Both the position numbers and the translations under genes were made by a program. The notes under the pieces were generated by a model. It was given only the letters and a program-made list of their open reading frames with translations. It did not search any database and was not told the DNA's origin. 64,000 bases of DNA from Macrostomum lignano (Eukaryota): NCBI GenBank assembly GCA_002269645.1, contig NIVC01000114.1, positions 558,001-622,000 on the forward strand, written 5' to 3'. How positions within the stretch are numbered: position 1 is the stretch's first letter; each line of letters starts with the position of its first letter. Positions 30,807 to 42,300 of this stretch are shown piece after piece.

Positions 30807-31364
30807 AGAAACCCAAAAAATGATTACGCTTTAAAGGCTCCGGATTTCTTCCTGGGTAAAAACCTGCTTTCTGTCACAGCGGTGCCGAGTTGGAAGAACG
30901 GAGATGAGGCAGACGAATCAACTACTTGATGGCTGTCGGGAAGAAATACAGAATGACAGACTAGCAAATTTGTCCCATGGAGACAAGCGGTGAATTCTTA
31001 TTGGCCAGCCGCAGACAGTCAGAGAGGAAAAGGAAAGAGACTGTAAGAGTCGATCTGGGACTGGAGACTGGCTGATGAAGCTGGACCACTAGGCTTACTA
31101 AGACTGCAGCTCTTAAAGCAGAGTGGATAATGGCTGTGCGTGATAATGCTTGGCCTGCACTGCGCTGATACGGGGCACCGAGTTCCGCCTCAGTGAACCC
31201 GGCAACTGTAAGCTGACTGAACTAATAGGAGTCCTCAGTACGATGCGGGGCGGATGAGGCAATAAATGTAGGAACCAAAAGCCAGTGCACTTTATGAAAA
31301 ATTGTGCTACAAGTGACTGATAATGACTTCTTAAAGCATTTTGTAATGTATAGAGTTGATCTAG

Positions 31365-32290
31365 AGCCAAATGCAACAGCTGATCTCTAGAGTCAAATGC
31401 AACAGCTGATCTCTAGAGTCAAATGCAACAGATAATCTCTAGAGTCAGATGCAACAGATAATCTCTAGAGTCAAATGCAACAGCTGATCTCTAGAGTCAA
31501 ATGCAACAGCTGATCTCTAGAGTCAAATGCAACAGGTGATCTCTAGAGTCAAATGCAACAGCTGATCTCTAGAGTCAAATGCAACAGCTGATCTCTAGAG
31601 CCAAATGCAACAGCTGATCTCTAGAGTCAAATGCAACAGGTGATCTCTAGAGTCAAATGCAACAGCTGATCTCTAGAGTCAAATGCAACAGCTGATCTCT
31701 AGAGTCAAATGCAACAGCTGATCTCTAGAGTCAAATGCAACAGCTGATCTCTAGAGTCAAATGCAACAGGTGATCTCTAGAGTCAAATGCAACAGCTGAT
31801 CTCTAGAGTCAAATGCAACAGGTGATCCCCAGAGTCGAATGAAACAGGTGATCTCTAGAGTCAAATGCAACAGCTGATCTCTAGAGTCAAATGCAACAGC
31901 TGATCTCTAGAGTCAAATGCAACAGGTGATCCCCAGAGTCGAATGAAACAGGTGATCTCTAGAGTCAAATGCAACAGCTGATCTCTAGAGTCAAATGCAA
32001 CAGGTGATCTCTAGAGTCAAATGCAACAGGTGATCTCTAGAGTCAAATGCAACAGCTGATCTCTAGAGTCAAATGCAACAGGTGATCTCTAGAGTCAAAT
32101 GCAACAGCTGATCTCTAGAGTCAAATGCAACAGCTGATCTCTAGAGTCAAATGCAACAGCTGATCTCTAGAGTCAAATGCAACAGCTGATCTCTAGAGTC
32201 AAATGCAACAGCTGATCTCTAGAGTGAAATGCAACAGTTGATCTGAAGTCAAATTAGTTGATCTAGAGTCAAATGCAACAGCTGATCTAG
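31365..32290. repeat. 26-bp minisatellite (atgcaacagctgatctctagagtcaa), ~35 copies
   Basis: Near-perfect head-to-tail copies with no spacers. Confidence 0.98.
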
Positions 32291-34384
32291 TGGAGCCTAA
32301 ATATTCTTTGGACGAAAGTCGCTATTTGGACTAGGAACAAGAATGGATCAACGTTCTTGACAATAAATCCTAGGCCCTGCCTGACGAAAATACCCATAAA
32401 AGAAGGCGCCACAAAATCCCTATAGATTAGAGCTGTCCCAGAGAGCCAGAAAGTTGGCATGGGCTTGAAACACGAGAAATGTCATTCACTTCACAGCCCA
32501 TAAACTTCACAGCCCAAAAACTTCACTCTCTCTCCCCTCCAGGCACAGGGAATGAAGAAGCAGTGGAAAAGGCAAGCTAAACAGGCTGATTGACTCTCTT
32601 CTCGGTCTGCTGCACCTGATGCCAAGAATTTTCTGCGGGAAAAGCTTCACCTGATTAGCATCTCGACGCCTGAGGGGCCTATTAGCCCCGGCCGAAAAGG
32701 TGACGAAAATGGCCGAAGCCGTTAATCTGCCCTAAAGGCGTTTATCTTTCTTCACTCTCTCCTTAGTCAGCCGATGATTTATTAAACAAGCCAAGCCATG
32801 CAGTTCCGAAGCGAAAGCCCTTCGGTGCTTTGGCCCATAATAATTTTGCTTGATTCGTCGTTTATTGCGCACCTGCCACTTCACTCTGATTAACGACGCC
32901 TTTAAGCCCTTGTAAGCGGGGCGCCGGACACGTTGGGGCAGGCAAGAAAGTGAAACGCGCAGCGCGAAATAGCCTAGACAAACATCAATAGTCCAATTCT
33001 GTGCAATGTACTTTTGCGGATTTCTAGCGTATTAAGATGTCATAAAAACACAGTTTGAGGCTTTCATCATAGAAAATTACCACTTAACAGATTTAGATCG
33101 TATATTTGATGGTTTTCACTTGAACCATTATCATCATACACTGTATTTTTCAGGAGTGGATATTGCGATTTCTAGTAATACTTTGAAGGGCTTGTTGCTA
33201 GTACGTTGGATACTGTCACGTTCTTGCCATCAATGCAAACCAGTGAATCAATGTTCCTCGCTGTCGATAAATTTGTAGACTTGCTGTCGGAACATTTTGA
33301 AGCTTCACCGAAGGCTACAAACTTGTCTCGATGAATTATTTAGCAACTAATTTTCTGGTGGACGAAACGACTCCTCTGAATTGCTACCGGAGCTGCTGTG
33401 TGCTTTAGAGGCAAGGGTGCAAGAATAATTGGAATAGCAATCGACTATAAAATGATTGCCTACATTTACGAGCTAATACGTTTGAAAGTTGCTCAATAAG
33501 ATTTCTATAAAGTTCTAAAGGCAAGAAAGAGTACATGTGAATGGGGAAAATCTAAAGGATTTGACTAGTTAGCACAGATGGAATTAGAAGACCTCACCTA
33601 CTGAGCAACAGAATCCTCATTCTAGCTGTCTGTAGATAAGATAAAGCTGTCCCTCTGGCTGATTAAAATCTATATCCTTCTAGAGTACCTCTGAGGAAGA
33701 GGAGCGGAGAAGCTTAGTGGCTACTCTCGTACCGCTCCTCGCCAATTAGCTCACTGGGGGATACCAATTTCCTCTTTTTTTTCAGATTGCCTGTCTCTAG
33801 GGGGCTCGAGAGGACTGCTTGCAACTGGCAGCTGATGGAGCTAAAATTGGACTTATATGAGTGAGGCGGGTCTCGGCTGCGATCCACTTCAGGAAACTAC
33901 GGAGACAGCGACATTCGATAGTGGGATTTTAGACGTGCATCTATGCGATATCTGTCTGTTTGAAAATGACTTCGAGTGCCTGGAGTTGAATGGCACTGTC
34001 GGGGAAATGCAGCGATTGTTTTTGACAGATCTTGGAAACGAAGTCTGTTGCATCATAATGGGAAAAGTACAAATTTGCTTAGCATAAAAATACACAAGCC
34101 TGGCATGTAGAGATGCAATTCTGCTTTATAACTCCAATTTTCAGTTATTAAGTTTTTCAAGTTCAGTGTCAGAGGGCAGCAGCTGCTTTTCGAGGATTTG
34201 GCCAAAGTCCTTCTGAAATGGAATTTGTTCAGAGATCAAAGTTACCGCAGTTTAACAAAATATTTTTTAAAATAAGATTACCCTGAACAAACTACTCTAT
34301 CAATTCAGGAATATTCAGGAAACTTACTCGACTTTGCAGCTCACTTAGCAGTCCTTTATCCAACGGGGACTGATGCATTCGGCT

Positions 34385-37300
34385 TCAAAACTTGCTTAGC
34401 AGCCCAGAGACAAGATCAGTATCGGGGCAGTAGTGCAGCATGACGGCCAGCTCTTGGTCGTCCAACTCTTCATTCGTAGCCGTCTTTTGAAACCAATCAT
34501 TGGCAAGATCTGAGTCAAAGTCGAACTCAAGCTGCAAACATCTCATCAGTGCATTGAAGTTCAGATAGCGGTAGCTTTTGTAGTTACTCATTTGGCATGG
34601 AAAAACCTCAGAAATAAATGTAGGTAAAAACTTCATTACCGGACGTTCACGGAACTCCATTGAAAACTTCCAAAAAGAGTCGTTAGCTTTCAAATAATTC
34701 CACACCATATCAACTGATGCTCTTTCATCTGATCCTTCTGCTGCTTTCCATTCAATTCCTTGACTCACTTTGTGGCTTCTGTTGTCAAGCAGTAGTCTTT
34801 CTGCCGATGCTTGATCGCCGAGTTTAAGGAAATCCAAAACTTTCAGGCACTGTCTGGCCGACCTGGAGCAGTCTGGCAGCTTTTCTAGAAGCGAGGCGAT
34901 GGAATCTTTGCCCCTCTGTGATAGAAGCAGTACGCACTGCCGCACTACAATGTAGATTTCGTGCAGTTGCAATTTTCCCACTGGGTACTCCCACTGAGCA
35001 TCGATGCGAGGCAGTATAAGAAAAGGATGAAAGTAAAACAAGCCAGCACTGCTGACTGGGATCAATGTTTTCATGAACTTTGTCAAAAGCTCAGGCAGCT
35101 CATCGATAACCTCCCTAAGAACAATAGCAACCTCCTGCGCTGTACTTTTGTCAGCTCCTTTCAGGTAAAGATGCGCATCGCTTAGAAAGAAGTGCTCCAT
35201 AATTCGTCCATCATCGTAATCTTGCCCGTAGCTGCTCTGCACGGAGTTCAGAAGCATGTTGAGCGATCGTTGAAGCAGGTCAAATAGATTCTGCGGTGTC
35301 CACTGCTCAGCTGGTGTCTCTTCCACCATTCTAAAAGTAATGGTTTTAGCGTGATACGCCTTCAGGCCGTGAACTCGTCGGCCGATAATTTTCTTCACTA
35401 GAAACTTAAGAGCAACAAATAGCTGGCCTTGCAAAGTGGATAGGCTCCGCATCAGACGCCTCTCCAAGAAGGTCGTGCTCACTCGGAGCTGGTTCCCGGC
35501 CTGTCCCTGAGGTGCCGCGTGCACCACGTGACAGGGAAATGTACTGATATCTCTTGTGAGTAGCTGCAGCACAGCATTTGGGATATTCGACTTGGCGACT
35601 CTATGGAGCTGCAGTGGTCCGATGGGAGGGTAGCAACATAAGCGGAAGGCACTGACCCTGTCTACAGCTGGACGAAGCATTGAACCAAACATTGGTTCAG
35701 CAGGATTTGCGGCTGAAACGAGGACGAGGTAGAAATCAGATTTTTTTCTTAGCACCATCAGATTTTATGCAATACTTTTAAACTACTTACAGTAACCAGG
35801 AAAGATTATGTGACCAGCAACGTATTCAACTGTCGAATCTGTCTCAGCCAGGGGACATTTACAAATTCCTTTCAGGTGTAGCGGCCTGCCTTGGACAAAT
35901 CTGGTGATGTCAATATCCGATTCAGAGTCTGTTCGTCCATCCACGCACACCAGATTGTTGCCCCAGGTCTCCGAGTAGCTGCCAACGATAAAAATGTCGT
36001 CATAACTTGTCCTCAGACGAAGGATGTGCTCCAGGACGTCGGCGGCCGCGCCTTGTAGACTGGCTCGCTGTTCTGTGAACCCAGCCGCAGAAAGCTTGGA
36101 ATGGAGTTGCAAGCTCTGCGCTGATTGATTCAAGACCAATGTTGATCTGTAAAGTAATATTCTTTGCTCGAGTTAGCTTTCATAGGATCTCACTTTAGAC
36201 AGTCGTCACTGGGATTTAAAAGAAACTTACGCGTCCGGATGCTCAGTTTGAGATGGATTCCCAAAACTTTGGTTGGAACGGCTCGGAATGATAGGCGATT
36301 TAATCTCGGAGTCAATTTCCAAAAACGTCATTTGCGTTAGTTCACGGTTTACAGCCTCTGAATCAGCGAGGCACAGAACCAGTGCCAGCCCTCGTAGAAA
36401 TTCGCACGTCTCTACTGAAATTTGCACTCCTAGCTCTCTGAGGACACGCAGAATGCGCCATTGGCCTCCTGCCACGGCGGCATGAACTGGTGAAAACGAT
36501 TCTGGTGAGTCAATCGTAATGTCAGCTCCTGACTTGACCAGAATTCTAACAATGTCGCTGTGGCCAATAAATGCGGCAGAGTAGACAGCAGAGGAGCTCG
36601 AGTGCCTCGCCAAGTTGACGTCAGCCCGGGCGTCAAGCAAAGCTTGAACGATTTCGATGTGATTGAACTCCGATGCAAGACGCAACGGCGCGCTGTTAGC
36701 TTGATTTGAACCGCCGTTGACGTCTGCATTAGCTTTTATTAACATTTGAATGGTGGTAAAATGCCCATTTTGTGAGGCAATTCCCATGGCAGTCAGATCG
36801 CTAATCCGCTGCAGGTCCAATGCTGCTGGGACACTTATCAGCTTATTGACAATACCATTATGTCCATTTTGTGACGCGACAAACAAAGCAGTCTCTCCTT
36901 CAGCTGCCTGTAAGTCAGGATTGGCCTGCGCTTTGATCAGAACGTCAACGATTGCAGCGTGCCCTTTTTGACAAGCAATGTACAGCGCAGAAGCTCCTTG
37001 CTTTTGCTGATCATCAGTGTTGGCGCCAGCTTTAATCAGAGCTGTCAAAATATCTTTGCGACCATTCTGAGCCGCAATGTACAATGGCGTCGTACTGTAA
37101 CGGGTAACATGTCTAACGTCAGCCTGGGCTCGTAGCAGCCGATCAACGGCCCGACTATGTCCAAATTTAGCTGCCGAGTATATCGGCGATTGTCCATTCC
37201 GGCTCAGGTCAGGATCTGCTAGGAAGAAAGTCAAAGCATCAATGAGTTCGCAGTGGTTGTCTTGAGCGGCCAGAAACAGCGGCGTTGCGCCGACGTCCGA

Positions 37301-37936
37301 CTCGAGATTAACGTCGGCCCCAGAAAGCCTGATGAGCGACAAAGCTATGAACAGTTCGCCCATCTGGGCTGCAAAGTGCAGTGCTGAAGCACCCTGGATC
37401 TGCTTCTGGTCTGAATTAACCTGGTTGGAGCCGGAAATAGCAGCCACGATTTCGGTGTAGCCCCGGCTGACAGCCAGATGAAGTGCCGTCGTTTCAACGT
37501 CGTCCTTAAAATTGACATTCGCTTGAGCTGAGATAAGAAGCTTCACGACCGACAAGTGTCGAAACGTGACAGCTACATAGAGCGGTGTTTGTCCATCTTG
37601 GTCGGGCAGGTCTGGGTCTGCCTGGGCCAGTAGCAGGGCTTCAACCGTTGCTTCGTGTCCGCCCATCGCTGCCCAATAAATCGGCGTTGGGTAACGGCAG
37701 CCAGTTGAAGCTGAGACGCCTCCGTTAGCGTCGGCTTGGGCCTCAAGCAGAGCGGTCACCGCCGCCAAATGACCATGGCTGGCGGCCGCGTGCAAAGCGG
37801 TGTACGGCCTGCCATCAATGTCGATGGGCAAGTCGACGTCAGTACAGTTTCTAAGTTGTACGATTTGGCTGACATTGCCTCTTAACGCTGCGAGCATCAG
37901 TGAGGAGTGATGGTTTCCTAAACATTCCTCGGTCAT
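34385..37936 (-). CDS. Ankyrin-repeat + Mab-21/cGAS-like nucleotidyltransferase (cGLR-type); 3 exons (37936-36231, 36146-35791, 35712-34385), ~1129 aa
   Basis: About 15 ankyrin repeats in ORF 36227..37936. An 84-nt intron (GC|GTAAGT...TTACAG|A) and a 78-nt intron (T|GTAAGT...TTTCAG|CC) join them in frame to the NTase motif VGSYSETWGN...SDIDI, then VDRVSAF and the Mab-21 C-lobe (LRVSTTFLERRL...LKAYHAKTITFRMVE...W...L...HFFL). Confidence 0.88.
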
Positions 37937-38404
37937 TTTAGCACAATTATTAAACCGATTGCAATGTTAGCTCTAGCATGGAAATGCATTCAAAGCTTTA
38001 AATTACATAGTAGTTAGTACCTTATTCAGCCTTTGTGTACAGTGATTACGAGCAAATGTACTATAGTGTACTGTTCTGTCTTTCCTGTACTAAATATCGC
38101 TCTTTCCTTTCGTCCCTCTAGTAAGCAAGGCCCTCCTTTAAACAATGACAAGCGCGCGCAGCTAGTCGTAAATGCGCAACTGAATGCATGCAGACTCGGT
38201 GTACGCGGACGCACTTTTGGTAGCATTGACTAAATGGAGGGCTGGCTACAGATTTTTATACCCAGCTGTCAGTAGACTTTTTGTAACAGAGGAAAAACTT
38301 CAAGACTTGATTATTTTTAAAACACTACTGTTACAAAGTTACAAATCATTTGTTGACCGTTTTTGTCAAAACTCTTCAGTTCATATTCATCTTTCATAGA
38401 CTTT

Positions 38405-38527
38405 GTAGGTAGATAGATAGATAGAGATAGATAGATAGACAGATGGATAGATATATAGATAGATAATAGATAAAGAGATAGATAGATAGATAGACAGATG
38501 GATAGATATATAGATAGATAGATAGAT
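38405..38527. repeat. Degenerate (GATA)n microsatellite
   Basis: Direct repeat. Confidence 0.95.
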
Positions 38528-39362
38528 ACCTTGACATTTTGCTGAGTGTCCATTTAGGTAGGAAAATTGATGTGCTAATTTAAACCTCATTCGAGTCCAA
38601 GAATCTTTAACACACACAAAAAATGTTTAGACTGCTTTTTTTGCAGCTGAGTTGAATAAAAATTTTCTAATCTACTCAAGCTTTTCGTTCATAACAGCAA
38701 TTATGTACAATACTGTCACCACCCTGTCTGTTCCTGTACTGTGCTAGGTGTAAAAATTGTTTATTAACGCGCAGAATTTGAACTACGCTCGTAATTCGCC
38801 GGATGAATACGTGCGAAAATATCCCAGCGAAAAAAATAACTTACAAAAAAACAGGAAAGGCGTTCATTTTCCGGGAAAAGCTTTTTTATTTTGGTGCATT
38901 GAAACCTAACGGACTACTTCGTGTGGCAGTAGTGAAACTACAGGGCTGGGTTAACAAAAAACGGCTGTTTGTCTTAAACGGTTATTGATACTCGTAGTTT
39001 CGGCAGGGCAAGTTGGTTAATAAATGACGAGTTGAAAAATTTCAGGGTTAAACTACGTTGGATCTAAACTAAGATGTGTAAATCAGGTACAATATAAGGT
39101 AGACCATTACTATTGTTTCTACCAGCTTAGAGATTTTCTATCTGAAAAAATTATCGTCGATTTTTGTCATAAGGCTAGATAACATTATGAAAACTTGGGT
39201 TACACGATATGTATTGCACTATAATTTAGCATAGAATTTGTGTCGAAATATTGTTTTATAAGCCACTAAGTCGATTGCGTAATTATTCGGTCAATCATTA
39301 AACAGTGAGCCGTCTGCTTGTCCAGCAGCAAAAGTGACGTCACTGGCCGGTTAGGCAGTCGA

Positions 39363-42300
39363 TCATTCTTCATCCATGGCGCCACGAGACCGAGCTCGAA
39401 TGGCAGCGCCCTGAAATATTGATTGTCAATTAAGTAAATAAACTTTGCCATTTTTAAGTTTTTAGGCTTTACCAGAAATAAGTAAAAATACATTCTTAGA
39501 TCTTTACTCTAAACTAACCAGCGTTCACTACAGCTCCATCGCACAGATGACCTAAGCTACCGCATCCCTCCGCCCAATCGCTCACCCCAGCAGAGTTGGG
39601 AGCCAGACTCGCGCCGTGGGCTACGCTGGCGCTGGCGCGACTCTTCGAGCGCAGCTTGTTGAAATTCTGCTCCGCCATGTCGGCGCGTTCCTCCGACTCC
39701 TCCAGGTCCTGCTGAACCTTCTTGAACTTCGCCAGATTGATGGCTGCGATCTCTTCGGCCTCTTCAACCTGGCGCTTGTAGGTCTTCACCTTCGACTGCA
39801 GCTTCTCCACCAGCTCCTGCAGTTTGGTCTGCGCCTTGCGCTCCTCTTCGCTCTGCGAACAGGTGGTAATAATAATAGTGAAATCGATCGAGCATTGAAG
39901 TCCTAACTCAAAGCTCTCTGAACTCACCGCAAACGACAGTTCCTTGAGTCGTCGGTCAGCCTTCCTGGCGTTCTTCTGCGTCTCCTGATGACGCCTCTGT
40001 TCAGCGTCCAGCTCAGCCTCCAGCTCCTGTACGCGAGACTCGAGTTTAGCCATCTCTCGCTTGCCGCCCTTCATGACGTTGCCCTCGGCGGCATCGAGGC
40101 GCACCTGAAGCTCCTTCACCTGCGACTCGAGCTGCTTGCGAGCTCGTTCGGCGTGCAGCGAGTGCTCCTACAGATAGGAATGGGTTGCCAAAGTACCAGG
40201 TATTTAGTAAAGACGTCGTTACAGTTGCTACTACCGGGAAGATGTTGTAGCCTGAAGGAGTTGTAGCCTGAGGCGATTCTAGCCTGAAGGTATTGTAGTC
40301 TGTTGGTTAGGGTGTCGGGCTCACGATTTAAAAGGTCGTTGGTTCGATTCTTGACCCACTTAGAACAATTAAAATCTTTTAACTCTGCTTTGCTTCAGTT
40401 CACCCAGCTGTAAAATGGGGTTAATTGAAGGTGTGTGTAGCGACCCTTTAGTCCTTGGGGGCAGGTGGAATCATATATTTTTGATTTTTTTGACTAAAGC
40501 TTAAATTAATATGAGCCCTTTATCAATGCTTAAAACCAGTTACCAACCTGCTCAGAACGCAGCTCGTCAGCCAGCCTCTGCGCATCGAGCACAGCTTTCT
40601 TAACCCGATCCTCTGACTGCTTGACTTCATTGTGCTGCTCGTCCATGTCAGCACGCATAGCGTTCACGTCAGCCTCCAGCTTGCGCTTGGCCGCGCTCAG
40701 AGACGAGTTCGTGGCGGACAGCTCCCCGATGCGGTCGGAAGCTTCAGCTCGTTCGGCATCGGCAGCTTTGCGAGCTCGCTCAGCCGTCTCCAGTTGGGTG
40801 CGCAGGTCCTCCAGCTCTGAGCTGAGCATGTTCAACTTTCGCTCGGCTGACATGGCCTGGAGATGCAGCGATTCATGGCTGGCGGTTACCATGGCGAGAC
40901 AGGCATGCAAACATACTCAGCATAATTAAACCTACCTGCTCCCTGGCCTCGTCCCTCTGCCTCTGCTCGTCCTCCACCTGACTCTGTACCTCTCGCATCT
41001 GCTGCTGCATCTTCTTGATCGTCTTGTCAGCCTCAGCTCTAGCGCGGTTGGCGGTGTCCAGAGCCACCTCAAGCTCGTTGATGTCCTGCTCAAGTTTCTT
41101 CTTCTGCCTCTGAGCCTCGGCCTTGCCCTTGGCCTCTGCCTCCACCGTGGCAGCCAGGGAGTCCATGGCGCGCTGGTGGTTTTTTCGGCTGTTCTCAAAT
41201 TCTTCCTCTTTTTCGGCGAGGCGGCGATCGATTTCCTGACGCGATTGAGCGATTTCTAGTTGAGCTCTGGCCACTTTGGCCTCCTCCTGTGGAAGAAAAA
41301 CAAACGTTTTAAATGCGTGTTTAACTCAGACAGATCTTAGAGACGACATTCATTTTGTGAACAGCCTTTTAGAATTTTGGTTGTGAATTACTTCAACATC
41401 ATTCCTGTGCGAATTAAGTGATTACCTGATGTATATGAACCTGCATTTTAGGCTTGAAAATGACGATTTTTTGGTTTGCTCAGGATCTGCTTCCAGGTGG
41501 TGTGACAATTTTTTTGGTTTGCTCAGGATCTGCTTCCAGGTGGTGTGACAATTTTTCGGTTGGCCCAGGATCTGCTTCCAGGTGGTGTACCATTTTTTTG
41601 GTTTTCCCAGGATTCCAGGTGGTTTCCGACTTTCCAACTCAAACGTTTCGCAACTTCTTGTTTGCACAAACCCTTCTAATAGAGATCTACTTAGAAATTT
41701 CTTATCGCTAAACTCAGATTTACATGGAGAGGCAACTAAGTCAACCGCCAACTTGCTACAGAAAATGACTTATACTGTAACCAAGTGAAATTTATGTTAA
41801 AGTAACCACTAAACGAAACATTTTTGCTTCCGTGTCTCACCTGCTCAAGCGCCGCCTCTGCCTCCTCCAGCGCCGCCTGCAGCTCCTCCTTCTCCATCTC
41901 GAGCCTGCGTCTGGCCTTGTCAACCTCGTGCACGTTTCTCCCGCCCTCGCCCAGCTGCTCAGTGAGATCGTGAATCTCGTCCGCCAGATTTTTATTCTCT
42001 TTGCGTACCGCCTCGGTCTGGTCCCGGGCCTCCTCCAGCTGGGCCTTCAGCTTGAAGATCTCGGTGGAATAGCCGCGGGATTCCCGCTGCACGGTCTCCA
42101 GCTCAGCCTGGGCCTGCTGGCACTTCTGCTGCCACTCTGCCAGAGTCCTGTCAAAATTCTTCTGCTTCTTCTCGAGCTGCGAGGCGAGAATGCTGGTGCG
42201 CTCCAGGTCCACAGAGGCGTCCTCCAGCTCGGCCTGCAGTCTGGCCTTGGCCTTCTCGGCTTGAGCAGCTCGAGTCTTTGCGCTGTCGACCTCATCCTGC

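Noticed and set aside
31365-32290. CRISPR-like appearance of the 26-bp partly palindromic repeat
   Set aside because: Units are head-to-tail with no unique spacers, there are no cas genes, and the context is eukaryotic.
33857-34095. Short ORFs 33857..34087 (+) and 33889..34095 (-) as further exons
   Set aside because: No recognisable domain and no phase-consistent splice sites linking them to the cGLR gene.
40296-40365. tRNA gene
   Set aside because: The acceptor and D stems do not pair well and it runs into a SINE-like body; treated as a SINE head.
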